From: Kiritimatiellia bacterium | Lineage (GTDB): Bacteria; Verrucomicrobiota; Kiritimatiellia; RFP12; JBMNHG01 | Length of the DNA stretch: 64,000 nt | NCBI GenBank assembly: GCA_050950285.1 | Contig: JBMNHG010000002.1 | Span: 948,654-1,012,653 of the forward strand | Reading direction: 5' to 3' | Shown: in pieces, positions 1 through 10,300 of the stretch | Layout: every line of letters begins with the position of its first letter | Numbering within the stretch: the first letter of the stretch is position 1 | The notes under the pieces: generated by a model | The model's input: the letters and a program-made list of their open reading frames with translations, nothing else | Databases searched by the model: none | Told to the model about the DNA's origin: nothing | Position numbers and translations under genes: made by a program

Positions 1-1131
1 CTTGGGCGCGTAGCTTGCGGACGCGTCGTGCGTGATCATGAGAGGGCGGCCTCCCAACTCGTACCCGGAAAAGGTCCTGGCGATGTTCTGGTAGGTGACT
101 GTTACGCTCAAGATTCGCGCGGCGGGCACATGATCGAACGTGGTGCGACTTGCGGAAGCGACGTCCTCGGCATACGGCAAAGCCGAAGGCAGATTCGTGA
201 CGGCTTCAGGAGAAAAGACTCGGCCGCCGACGAGAGCGTCGATTCCCTTGGTGTCGTATTCCGCGCGAAGCGTGCCGAGCAGATTGGTGGCGAGTCGCGT
301 CAGCTCGACGGACAGGTTGGCGGCGTTGACATCCCGGACCCAGGCGGCGTTGGTCGTTGCGCCTTGCATGGCGGCGGCCAGCAGGTTCGTCCGGTCGTAA
401 GACAGGACGGACGCCAGGTTGGTCGCTTGCGTGACGGAGCACTCGGCAAAGGCGGGATCGAGCGTGTACCACTGCCCGCCGATATCGGCTTCGACCCACA
501 CGCGGCGGATGCCCGTCCATATCTCCTGTCCCCCCGGCGCATAAACCGCATGCCAACCGTCGGCCGTGCCCGTGCCGAAGCCGTCCGGCCAGCCGCCGTT
601 GTAGAACACGTAGCCCCCGAGATCGTTGTAGTCGCCATTCCCGCCGAAGCCGCACCAGCGCGAGAGCCGAGGGGTGTCGTAGTAGACGATTGCGGTGGCA
701 TAGCGCGTCGCGTATCCGGCCGCGCGTAGCATGGCGGAGAGTAGTGCGGCCTGATCCCAGTCGTTTCCCTGACCGGCAACCAGGCAGCCGTGAGCGCCCA
801 GCTTGACGCCATAGGTCGGGGCATCGTAACGGATATGGTTGCGGACGAACTCGTAAATCCTCAGCGGGTCGTTCCGCAGGGCGCTAACGGCCGTTTCGAT
901 CTCGGGGGTAAGGGTGGTCTCGTTCGTACATGTGGTGGTTCCGCTCGCTTCGGTAAGCAAGACCATGCCGCCGCCCTTCTCCCCACCCGCGCCGGGACTC
1001 TGTGAATCCAGACGACGGGCGTTGGCGCGCCAGTCCGCACGCGCGAGGGGTGTGAAGAGAGCCAACGTCGCCAGAGCAACGCAAGCGAAGCGCATAGGAG
1101 CCCGATTGATCGTCACAAGCCGTCTTTTCAT
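1..1131 (-). CDS. Secreted protein with degenerate transglutaminase-like domain (5' part; runs off the left edge; possibly N-terminus of a large RHS-type protein)
   Basis: Not in the ORF track because it has no stop in the window. Manual translation from ATG 1131: MKRRLVTINRAPMRFACVALATLALFTPLARA (signal peptide), then DPLRIYEFVRNHIRY..GQGNDWDQAALLSAMLRAAGYATRY..RVWVEADIGGQWYTLDPAF, matching the transglutaminase-like core. Confidence 0.8.
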   Translation of the reverse strand, partial: MKRRLVTINRAPMRFACVALATLALFTPLARADWRANARRLDSQSPGAGGEKGGGMVLLTEASGTTTCTNETTLTPEIETAVSALRNDPLRIYEFVRNHIRYDAPTYGVKLGAHGCLVAGQGNDWDQAALLSAMLRAAGYATRYATAIVYYDTPRLSRWCGFGGNGDYNDLGGYVFYNGGWPDGFGTGTADGWHAVYAPGGQEIWTGIRRVWVEADIGGQWYTLDPAFAECSVTQATNLASVLSYDRTNLLAAAMQGATTNAAWVRDVNAANLSVELTRLATNLLGTLRAEYDTKGIDALVGGRVFSPEAVTNLPSALPYAEDVASASRTTFDHVPAARILSVTVTYQNIARTFSGYELGGRPLMITHDASASYAPK

Positions 1132-1153
1132 ATCCGGTTTCCCTCCCGTGGAA

Positions 1154-2767
1154 CTACTCGACGTTGAGATCGTCGCAGAGCACCGAGCCGCCGACGCCGC
1201 TGCGGATACGCATGGCACCGAGCCGCGTTATGCTGTCGTTCTTGAACCCGAGGCCGGACAGCTTGAGCGTGCCATCCACGTACAGGCTCCACGTCTTCGC
1301 GGAGTAGTTCTGCACGATCTTGAGTTCGACCCATTGATTGAGAAGGTTGGCCGTACCGGAGGCGGTGGACCAGGAGCCTCCGCCGGAACCGTTGCCGTCA
1401 AATGCGCGTAGGCCGGTTCCGGCTTCGAAACTTACCAGACTGCTCGCCGTGGCGGGCAGGTCGGTCGGCACGGAGAACTGGGGACCGAGATTGACAAACA
1501 GCGTCGTCGCAACGGAATTGTTCGTTGCGGCGAAGTGCATGGTCATGGTCGCTTCGAGGGCTTCAAGCTCGACGAACTGGCTTCCGGCGTGCGCCATGCC
1601 CGACTGCACGGTTGCGCCAGAACTCCCTTCCCAACCGTTCTGACCGTTCAGCGCGCCGATGCTGTAGCCATTCGCACTCTCGAATCCGGTGGTATACGGC
1701 AACGGGCTGTTGTGGGTGTTGATCGGGTCCGTTCCGTACACGAATAGCTCGTCGTAGTCCGACACCCCGTCACCGTCCGAATCCCAGGCGTTCGGATTCG
1801 TGCCATATAGGCGTTTCTCCCTGCCGTCGCTGATGCCGTCCCCGTCGGTGTCGTCGAGCGTCCAGCAGTCGTAGAAGCGGACCGTGTAATTCGTGGCATC
1901 CTCGTCCACCCACGAGAAGGAGTTCGTGCTCAGGTCCACGTTGGTCGTAAGCGCGATCACCCAGTCCTGTTCCATGAGGTTCGTGCAGGCGAAGAAGTCC
2001 ACCATGTTGGTGGCAAGCCCGTCATGGGGCCATGCGATGGTCAGCTTGATCGCGCCGTTGGTCATGGCCTCGATGGCCACGAACTGGAGATTGCTGACGG
2101 TGCCGCCCTCCCAGCCCATCGTCCGCATGCCGCCGCCATCCTCTTCGGCGCGCATCGCCGTTTCGATGGACTGCTTCCAGACCAGATTGATGAGGTCGTC
2201 TTCCAGAATGAGCTTGTAGGTGATTACGATCCGGCTCGGGTCGTACATGGCGACGAGCCAGTCGGCGTAGCCGCCGCCCATGACGACGAGCGCCGGGTAC
2301 TGTGCCTTTACATACCACTGGGGATCGTAGCCCTTGGGAGCGGGAACCGTGGCGATGATCTCGTCTTTGGCGTTCAGAAAAGTCCGCTCGCGGGTCTTGG
2401 GGTCTTCATAGACCGTGATCGGATACATGACGATGGCCCCCTCCTCGACGGGGACCAGTCCCTCGCAGAAGGCCGCCGGGAAGTTCTTGGGATCGAAGGG
2501 GAGGATGCCGCCGCTCTGAAAGTGAATGAATTCCGGGTCCGGGACGGCGATGGGCAGGTACATGGCCTGCTCGGACTCGAAGTCGACGACGATCTCGTCG
2601 AGACTCTCGACCTCGCGGGCCATATAGTGCGCGTAGAGGTCCTTGTCGAACACCGCTTCCCAGTCGGTGTTCTCATCGAAGACCGCAGCCAGGATGATAC
2701 CGGCTCCCAAGGAGGCAACGGCCAGCGTTGCCAGCCAGACGCCTTTGAAACGAAGAATTGCCTTCAT
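1154..2767 (-). CDS. Exported protein with Ca-binding DxDGDG (bacterial TSP3-like) repeats and C-terminal beta-sandwich/lectin-like domain
   Basis: ATG 2767 with AGGAG RBS; hydrophobic N-terminus; DTDGDGISDGRE..GTNP..DSDGDGVSDYDE..GTDP repeats. Confidence 0.75.
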   Translation of the reverse strand: MKAILRFKGVWLATLAVASLGAGIILAAVFDENTDWEAVFDKDLYAHYMAREVESLDEIVVDFESEQAMYLPIAVPDPEFIHFQSGGILPFDPKNFPAAFCEGLVPVEEGAIVMYPITVYEDPKTRERTFLNAKDEIIATVPAPKGYDPQWYVKAQYPALVVMGGGYADWLVAMYDPSRIVITYKLILEDDLINLVWKQSIETAMRAEEDGGGMRTMGWEGGTVSNLQFVAIEAMTNGAIKLTIAWPHDGLATNMVDFFACTNLMEQDWVIALTTNVDLSTNSFSWVDEDATNYTVRFYDCWTLDDTDGDGISDGREKRLYGTNPNAWDSDGDGVSDYDELFVYGTDPINTHNSPLPYTTGFESANGYSIGALNGQNGWEGSSGATVQSGMAHAGSQFVELEALEATMTMHFAATNNSVATTLFVNLGPQFSVPTDLPATASSLVSFEAGTGLRAFDGNGSGGGSWSTASGTANLLNQWVELKIVQNYSAKTWSLYVDGTLKLSGLGFKNDSITRLGAMRIRSGVGGSVLCDDLNVE

Positions 2768-2810
2768 AGTCGTTCTCCTACGCTCACTCAACTCCCCGAC
2801 TGGTCTGCCC

Positions 2811-2846
2811 AAAAAAAGAGGCGCGAGCTCCAAGCTCATGCCTCTT
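2811..2846 (-). terminator. Rho-independent terminator in the leader of the 2767 gene
   Basis: Minus strand AAGAGGC-ATGAGCTTGGAGCTCGC-GCCTCTT followed by a T run, ending about 45 nt upstream of the start codon. Confidence 0.65.
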
Positions 2847-3318
2847 CTGAGGGACCAGCAAGCCCCGCTTCGAAACACGAAACAGGGAGTCGCGCCCCAG
2901 AGGGGGGCGCGTCTCCGCGTGTCTCGCTTCGAAGCGGAAAATTGCTGGTTTTCAGAAGAAGCGATCTGCGCGTTAACGCAGAAAATCTATGTCATTCGAT
3001 CAGATCTTCGTGTGGCTTTCTCCTCGACAGCAGGAAACTCTATGGCTCTCCAACCGACATGGCACAGTTAGAACCACATCGGTGAAAAATGCAAGCCCTT
3101 TTTGTGACGGTTTTCCGGCCGTGGGAGAGGAATGACGGATGGTGGGCAGAAGAGCCTCATGCGCCAATTCAGCCTGCGCCCGCCGGATGGATCAGCGTTC
3201 AGGGGGGCGCGAAGCAGTGCTTCCAGCGCCTTCCAGTCCGGCATCTCCCCCGCCGCCTAGCAGCGGGTCCAGGCGTCGCGGATTGCGGCGTGGTCTACTC
3301 CGGCCATTTCTAGGCCTG

Positions 3319-3648
3319 TCATCCTCTCTCATTGCAGATCGCGTTGATCAGGACCGCGAAGGGCATCTCGTAGTCCCGGTTCTTCTGTAGCTTCATGCGT
3401 TCGGCTCTCACCAACGCCGTCTCTTCCGGGAAATCCTTCACGAGTTCATCCTCGGCTTCCGCGAGGTGTCCCATGGCGAACCAGTAATGCGCCGGGTAGC
3501 CCTTGGCCTTCTCCAGCAACAACACCCGCGCCTGCGCTATGTGCTTGCAGGCGCATTCCCTACACGACTCCCGCATCACCGGTTCCCCCCTCCTGAAGCG
3601 GTCATACTGGCTTCGCAAGTGAGTTCCGTTCTGACCGCAACACCCCAT
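3319..3648 (-). CDS. Hypothetical protein, phage-like (CxxCxxKH motif); alternative start 3576
   Basis: MRESCRECACKHIAQARVLL..GYPAHYWFAMGHLAEAEDE; AGGAGG upstream of ATG 3576; tightly packed with upstream genes. Confidence 0.6.
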   Translation of the reverse strand: MGCCGQNGTHLRSQYDRFRRGEPVMRESCRECACKHIAQARVLLLEKAKGYPAHYWFAMGHLAEAEDELVKDFPEETALVRAERMKLQKNRDYEMPFAVLINAICNERG

Positions 3649-3669
3649 GGCTCTGTTCTCCGGCTCTTT

Positions 3670-4674
3670 CTACCCACCCGAGTTGTTCTTCTCAGCCTCC
3701 AGCATTCCTTTCAGGAAGCCCGTGTCCCTGGAACTCACGTCCATGCGTTCGATGTCGGTGCGGTATCCCGTCTGGCGAACCGGACGCGGGTCCGGGCGCT
3801 CGTTCGCCGGGTACTTCGGCAACTGGTCATGCGGGATTCGCAGATCCTCCCGGAGCACGAGGGGCTTTGGCCTGTTCACGCCGGAGAGCCACCGCTGCAT
3901 TTCGGGTTCGCTCTCCAGATGCCATTCCGCGATGATGTCACGGTAGGCGTCCAGAATGTCATGCCCATCGGCCAGCGACCGCTGGTTCTTTCCGCAGGGC
4001 AGATACTTGAGCTTCTTGAAGAACCCGTCCCTCTTGTCCGGCGACACGCCGAGCCATTTCAACGCGATCAGATGTGTCGTGATCTGGAACCCCATGCTCT
4101 CATCCGTCAGCATGAACGCATCGATGTCCTGAACCGACCTGTCCACATGGTGAACGATCACGTCCGGGAGACACCAATGGCTGCGGCCGAACTCGATCTG
4201 GACGGAATGCGCGAAATCCGTGTCCTCGACGCAGCCGCCCAGGAACCCGTGCTTTAGCCCCACGTACCTGTCCCACCTGCCGACGTCCTGGCGCGTGAGC
4301 AGACACATCCCGGCCACGTTCATCTGCTTGGAGAGTTCCTTGGGTGCAGCCGTGGCATCATGGAACGGATACTCCCTGCCGTTGTCGCAGACCCACACCT
4401 CGTTCGGGCTCACGATGCCGCAGCTCTTCTCGACAGCGAAGGCGACCATGCGGTCAAGCCAGCCGGGAGTCTGGGGGAACGCGTCGACGTCCAGGAAGCA
4501 GACGAACTCGGCCGCAGACCTCTTCTGGGCCAGCCCCCGCGCCTCGGCCACGTTCAGGTCGGGGCGGCATTCCACAATGGGCGCGATGCCCGTCGTGCGC
4601 CTCACGTTCTCCACGCACTCGGCCACGCCTTTCTGATCGGCGGCGTATGTCGGTATGACGATCTCAACGTTCAT
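3670..4674 (-). CDS. Glycosyltransferase family 2 protein
   Basis: MNVEIVIPTY, VCFLDVD (DxD), GCVEDTDF; ATGA overlap with upstream gene at 4671-4674. Confidence 0.75.
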   Translation of the reverse strand: MNVEIVIPTYAADQKGVAECVENVRRTTGIAPIVECRPDLNVAEARGLAQKRSAAEFVCFLDVDAFPQTPGWLDRMVAFAVEKSCGIVSPNEVWVCDNGREYPFHDATAAPKELSKQMNVAGMCLLTRQDVGRWDRYVGLKHGFLGGCVEDTDFAHSVQIEFGRSHWCLPDVIVHHVDRSVQDIDAFMLTDESMGFQITTHLIALKWLGVSPDKRDGFFKKLKYLPCGKNQRSLADGHDILDAYRDIIAEWHLESEPEMQRWLSGVNRPKPLVLREDLRIPHDQLPKYPANERPDPRPVRQTGYRTDIERMDVSSRDTGFLKGMLEAEKNNSGG

Positions 4675-5441
4675 GGTCCCGCCCTGTGTTGAAGGTATAT
4701 CGCGCTGCCCGCGTAATTGTAATTGCCCCCGATTGCCGGATAGCCGTAGGCGCACTCGTCATGGTCGAGGTAGCACTGGTTGTCATCCAGGTAATTGGTC
4801 AGGCGCATGAAGACGATGATGTGGTCGCCGAAGCTGTCCGTATTGACCGACGTGATGTTGAAGGGGAAGACCCCACCCGCAACGTTGTAGTTCACGACGC
4901 GCCCGACGACGGTTCCCGTGTCCAACGCATTCTGTATCGAGTAGTCGGCGATGTTCCCGCTGAAGTTCGCCACAGCGATTTCAAAGGACTGGTGGAAGCA
5001 GTTGCTGGCGCAGCTGAACCAGAGGTAGTTATACAGGTAGAATGACGAGGCCAGCCTGAGTCCGATCAGTTCCCGATTGGCCACCGAGGAGATATCGTAG
5101 GTCATCGCGCCCACGGCAAACACGAACCAGTTTCGCCACGGATACCCGGTTGCCGAGTACTTGGTGGTGTATCGGCCCGTGTACCACGAGCCCGCGTTCC
5201 AGGATGAGGCGATGACGCCGCTGCGCCAGTCATTGAACGTTGCCGACTGTTTCCCGGGGATGAGCAAGGAAACGGGTGAGAGCTCGCTGTAGGCTGTCGC
5301 GTTGTACAGGCTTGACGCAATGAACCTGCTGTACTTGGCGCTGTTGGCGAGTTCCAGGACTTCATATTTGAAGCAGAGATGGCCGCTGGCGGAATGCCAG
5401 GCCAAGTGTCCGTTTGTCGGGTTGTAGGTCAGGTGTGCCAT
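4671..5441 (-). CDS. Hypothetical protein (aromatic/Ser-rich, possible phage structural protein)
   Basis: 256-aa ORF translationally coupled on both sides; repeated GHL motif at the N-terminus. Confidence 0.6.
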   Translation of the reverse strand: MAHLTYNPTNGHLAWHSASGHLCFKYEVLELANSAKYSRFIASSLYNATAYSELSPVSLLIPGKQSATFNDWRSGVIASSWNAGSWYTGRYTTKYSATGYPWRNWFVFAVGAMTYDISSVANRELIGLRLASSFYLYNYLWFSCASNCFHQSFEIAVANFSGNIADYSIQNALDTGTVVGRVVNYNVAGGVFPFNITSVNTDSFGDHIIVFMRLTNYLDDNQCYLDHDECAYGYPAIGGNYNYAGSAIYLQHRAGP

Positions 5442-5722
5442 TACACGGTCTCCACCACGCAGGCGTCCACTTCGACCCTGGTTTCGCCGCTGATTGCCCG
5501 GACATGGCCGGTTTCATCGACGGTCAGCTTCCGCACGTACATGTAGAGCTTCCTGCCGCCGTCATGGAAGTATCCGATTCGCGAGAGGACCCAGAAGTCC
5601 AGCCCATTGCCGCCGGTGCCCACAACAAAGCTCGATCCCTCGGCGGTCTCATTCCCTTCCGCCGCTGCCCCGATGGTTTGAACGGCGGTTGGCGCGTGGG
5701 GGCCGACATGCTTGATCTTCAG
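5441..5722 (-). pseudogene. 3' fragment of a hypothetical (phage-like) gene truncated by the IS
   Basis: The frame runs into the IS left inverted repeat; the listed ATG (5731) lies inside the IR. Confidence 0.6.
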
Positions 5723-5777
5723 CACTAGCATCCCATAGGCTAAGCCGGAAACATTCCGGTTCCCATGATTGGCACCT

Positions 5778-5807
5778 ATTATGCGGGGGGGGGGTGAAAA
5801 CAGTCAA
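5778..5807 (-). promoter_or_regulatory. Outward-facing sigma70-like promoter in the IS left end, G10/C10 tract in spacer
   Basis: Minus strand TTGACT (5807-5802), 18-nt spacer, CATAAT (5783-5778). Confidence 0.5.
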
Positions 5808-5869
5808 CCCCGTAATTCCGCAAAAAAATATGTCGGCTTCGGAGCCGTTCGCCTGTAGCCTACAGGCGC

Positions 5870-7162
5870 ATGAAAAAGTTGATTCCCCAATTGCTCGGGG
5901 GCACGCCCCCGAAGCCGACGAAGACAGAATACACCGTGCTGCGGCAGCTCGTCCAATGGATTCCCTCCGGGATGATCCAGCGGCTGGCGGACGAGCACAA
6001 GCTCGACATCCGCAAGTGGTCCGCGGTGAGCCATGTGGTCGCGCTGATGTACGGGCAGCTCGCGGGCTGCGACAGCCTCAACGGGATCGTGGACGCGGCC
6101 CGCGTCCACGAGGGCGAGTGGCGCAACATCCGGGGCGCGGAGCCGCCGAAGCGCAACACGTTCTCCAACGCGAACCGGCACAGGGACGCGGACATGGCCG
6201 AGCGGCTCTACTGGGAGGTCTTCGACCACCTGGCCGGGGCCTGCCCCGGCTTCGGGGAGTACCGGAGGCACAAGGGCTTCCTGGCCCGCCTGAAACGCGG
6301 GATCTTCGCCATCGACTCCAGCACCATCAAGCTGAGCCTGAACTGCATCGACTGGGCGCGGCACCGCAGGAGGAAGGCGGCCGCCAAGCTGCACCTGCGG
6401 CTCGACGTCGGCAGCCGCCTGCCCGCCTTCGCCGTCGTGGAGGACGCGGCGCACCACGACTCCGTGCGAGCGGAGGCTCTCTGCGCCGGCCTGAAGGCGG
6501 GGGACGTGTGCGTCGCCGACCGCGCCTATACGGACTTCGGCTTTCTCGAAGGCCTGCGGTCGCGCGGGGTCTTCTTCGTCGTCAGGCAGAAGAAGAACAT
6601 GCGCTTCAAGAGCGTGAAGACGCTTCCGAAAGGCGGTGACGCGTGCGTCGTCTCTGACGAACTCGTCGAGCCCGCCCTCGCCCGATCGAAGGGTCTCTAT
6701 CCCTTCCCGCTGCGCCGCGTGACCGCGCGCGTCGTGGTGGACGGGAAGCTGAGGGAGATGGTCTTCCTGACGGACAATCTCGACTGGAGCGCGCGGACCG
6801 TCGCGGAACTCTACAAGGCCCGGTGGTCCATCGAGCTGTTCTTCAAGGAACTCAAGCAGACCTGCCTGATCCACGACTTCGTTGGGTACAACGAGAACGC
6901 GGTCAGGTGGCAGGTCTGGACGGGGCTGCTCGTCCACCTGCTGCTGCGCTTCATGCGCCACGTCGCGGGCTGGGAACTGAGCTTCTCGCGGCTCGCGGGC
7001 GTCGTGCGCGCGGCGGTCTGGGTCAAGCGCGACCTAACCGCGATCCTCAAAACCTATGGGACAGCACCCCGGCCCAAGCGGGGTGAGCCAGCCGCGAAAC
7101 CCCCGCCTTTACAGGCGTTTTTCGACTTCTGGCGGTTCGACTATGGGACAGCAAGCCCGTAA
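5870..7162 (+). CDS. IS4-family DDE transposase (DUF4372-like N-terminus)
   Basis: AIDSSTI, VADRAYTDF, ELYKARWSIELFFKELKQ (YREK) motifs. Confidence 0.95.
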   Translation: MKKLIPQLLGGTPPKPTKTEYTVLRQLVQWIPSGMIQRLADEHKLDIRKWSAVSHVVALMYGQLAGCDSLNGIVDAARVHEGEWRNIRGAEPPKRNTFSNANRHRDADMAERLYWEVFDHLAGACPGFGEYRRHKGFLARLKRGIFAIDSSTIKLSLNCIDWARHRRRKAAAKLHLRLDVGSRLPAFAVVEDAAHHDSVRAEALCAGLKAGDVCVADRAYTDFGFLEGLRSRGVFFVVRQKKNMRFKSVKTLPKGGDACVVSDELVEPALARSKGLYPFPLRRVTARVVVDGKLREMVFLTDNLDWSARTVAELYKARWSIELFFKELKQTCLIHDFVGYNENAVRWQVWTGLLVHLLLRFMRHVAGWELSFSRLAGVVRAAVWVKRDLTAILKTYGTAPRPKRGEPAAKPPPLQAFFDFWRFDYGTASP

Positions 7163-7344
7163 ATCCCAAGGAAATCGCGAAACGGCCGGCCCCGCCGGGA
7201 AAACCTCCAACCCGAAACCCCAAAAGAGACCTCAAAAACCCAAGCAATTCCGCATGGGTAAGGGTAAATTGTGCCGCCTATGGGATGCTAGTGAATCTGA
7301 ATGGGATTTATTGAAAACCTCCGTTTTGTCACAAGGAGACGGCC

Positions 7345-10300
7345 ATGAGTCACGTGTCACGCAGTTCGATCATCGTCTCAATGGGTTTGCTGGCGCTCGC
7401 CTTTCCATGCGCCGCACTGGCCGAGGAGGTGCCCGTGAAGAGCGGGCTTGCAATGTGGCTCGCGGCCGACCATATCGAAAACACGGCCGATGGCGAATCG
7501 ATCGCCACATGGACGGACCTTTCCGGCATAGGCCACGATGCCGTATCGATTTCCGCCGGCGATTCCCCCGTGTTCAAGGAGAACCAGCTGAACGGAAAGC
7601 CCGTGCTCCGCTTCGATGGACAGGGCGACTCGATGCGCGTCAGCGGTTTCGCCTCGACCACCAACATGACGATCTTCACGGTCGTCAAGGCCTCCAGCTA
7701 CCAGTCGCTTCTCCGCTGGCAGGGCGCGTCAGGCGGCTTTTTCGTGTACCATTGGAACAACCTCTTGATCTCCAGCTCGAACGGCGGCACAGCCGAAGGC
7801 CCCGAGGCAGGGCTGCGCACCGGTCTCGCCCAGAATCGATGGAACATCGGCGAGGCTGTCATCGATACCGCGGATACGCAGACGGCCTCGACCTTCACGA
7901 ACGGCGCGCCCGTCGCGACCAGTGTCTGGCGCAACAACCCGAACGGCGGTCCGGACCTCTACATCGGCCGCTACTTCCAGGGCAGCGAGTTCTACAACGG
8001 CGACATCGCCGAAATCATCGTCTACTCCCGTGCGCTTTCGACGAGCGAGCGCGGTCTCGTCGGAAGCTATCTCCAGCGCAAGTACGCCCTTCCCGGCGCC
8101 TATTCGTCATTCCTCGTTTCCAACTCCGTGAACGGCAACACGGACTTTATCGGCGCCTCGCCCGCGCACATCGTCGATTTCCCGATCTCGCCTTCGTTCG
8201 ACGAGTACCAGATCACATTCGGAGCCGGGTCTTCCGCCGATCCCGCGGGTTGGCTGGAGATGCCCGCCGCAGTCGGAGACCTCCCCGCGATCGCCTTCAC
8301 GCCGCCGATGGTCGATGGACCCATCACCTTCCGTGCGTGGGTGCGTTCGTCCGAAGACCCCGTGGATTCGATCGTCTCGATGTCGTACACCATCGAGTAT
8401 TGCACCGTCCCGCCTGTCGCCCTGGCGCATGACGCCTCCCTCGAAATCGACCCCGTGAACGGCACGCCGGTGCCGGCTTCCGCGATCGACGAGGGTTCGT
8501 ACGACTCCGCCTCGGGCATCCATTCCATGTGGGTCACGCCGGCATCCATCACCGCTCCGGGCACCGTCACGCTCCATGTGCAGAACAACGCCGGCATCAC
8601 CGCGACCACTACCGCGCAAATCGCGCCGGCGTTCTGGTGCACGTTCGAGGCCGAGGGCGCGACCTCCGGCGCCCATTCGCTCGAGGCCGCCTTCAACGGC
8701 ATCGCATACGGTTCCGCGGCCGCGACCGCGACCGTCTTCTATGCCTGGAACTTCGGCGACGGCTCGCCCCTGGTGGAAGGCGAGGGCCTCACAACGGTTG
8801 GCCACGACTTTACGGAGCCAGGCTCCTACACGGTCCGGCTTTCGGTCAGCAACCTGCTCGGAAACACGGCGAACGCGGTGCGTACGGGCTACATCACCGT
8901 GTACGGCGCCCGCCTGTACGCCGATGCCGAATCCGGGACGGGCTCCTATCCCTACGCGACGCCCGGAACGGCTTCCTCCGACTTGCAGGCCGTTGTCTCC
9001 GCCGCGCGCGAAATCGCCGCGACCGGCCTCCCGGGCGTCATCGTCGAGGTCGCCCCGGGAACGTACGACCTCGATGCCGAACTGCTGCTCGACGAGCCCA
9101 TCACGGTCATGGGCACCGGAACGCGCGAAGAGACCCTTGTCCGCCGCGCCGCGACGGCGCCGGACCTCGTGCGCGTGGCGCATCTCACCGACACCAACGC
9201 CGTGCTCGCAGGCGTGACGCTCTGCAATGGCGCGATGAAACAGCCGCCCAATACCGACCAATACACGTTCGGCGCCGGCCTCTGCATCGAGCAGGGCATC
9301 GTCACGAACTGTGTCATCCGCGACAACAGCGGCAGCACGCTCCATGGTGGCAACTACGTTCGCGGCGCCGGCGTCTACCTTGCCGGCGGCGAACTCGTCG
9401 ACAGCCTCATCAGCGGCAACGGCACCAACTCGAACTTCCAGGCCGGCGGCGGCGTCTTCATGGTGGGCGGCATCCTCCGCCGCTGCGTGGTCAGCCAAAA
9501 CTCCGCCGGCTACAGTTCAACCTGGCAGAAGGGCATGGATGGCGGCGGCGGCCTCTACATGTCCGGCGGCCTCGCCGAGGGGTGCCTTTTCACCGGCAAC
9601 GAGGTCCGCAACTACGACGGCGGCGGCGTGTTGATGGATGGAGGCGAACTCGTCAACTGCACCGTCTCCGGCAACGAGGTCCGGTCCGGCGGCACGGCGA
9701 CGGGCGCCGGCGTCCGCCGCCGCCACGGCGGCACCGTACGCTCCTGCATCGTCTACGGCAATGTCAACGGCAGCGGCCTTGCGAACAATTTCGTCGGCTC
9801 GTCCGCGACCCACTCCTGCGCGCCGGAACTCACGTCCGGCACCGGCAACATCGCCGCCGACCCACGCTTCGTCGACGCCGCGAACGGCGACTTCCACATC
9901 TCCGCGGTTTCGCCGTGCATCGATCTCGCCGCCGCCACCACCGCCACGCTCGACCTCGACGGGAACGCCCGCGTCGTCGATGGCGACGGCGATGGGGTCG
10001 CAACGCCCGACATGGGCTGCTACGAGTACTTCCGCCCCGCCGACGTCTTCGGCTGCTCGTTCGTCGCGACCAATGCGACGGCCGGCATCGGCTCGCTGGA
10101 TGTATCGTTCGCGGCCGTCCTCTACGGAAGCCCCGCCCAAACTTCGAGCGTGAGCTGCACCTGGGACTTCGGCGACGGCTCGCCCGCCGCGGTCGGGGCG
10201 AACCTGCTTTCCGTGGACCACTCGTACACGTCGATCGGCCAGTACGACGTGACCCTCACGGTCGAGAACGCGGACGACGAGCCGGTCACCTTCTTCCGTC

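Larger units (their letters stand above)
5723..7293 (+). mobile_element. IS4-family insertion sequence, 1571 bp
   Basis: Perfect 18-bp terminal inverted repeats CACTAGCATCCCATAGGC (5723-5740) / GCCTATGGGATGCTAGTG (7276-7293) around a DDE transposase; no flanking direct repeat seen. Confidence 0.92.

Noticed and set aside
3120..3307. Small minus-strand ORF MAGVDHAAIRDAWTRC*AAGEMPDWKALEALL (possible readthrough or pseudogene)
   Set aside because: Too short and without recognisable homology; one TAG is not evidence of recoding, and other genes here use TAG as stop.
5713..7303. Target-site duplication around the IS4 element
   Set aside because: The flanking sequences do not match.
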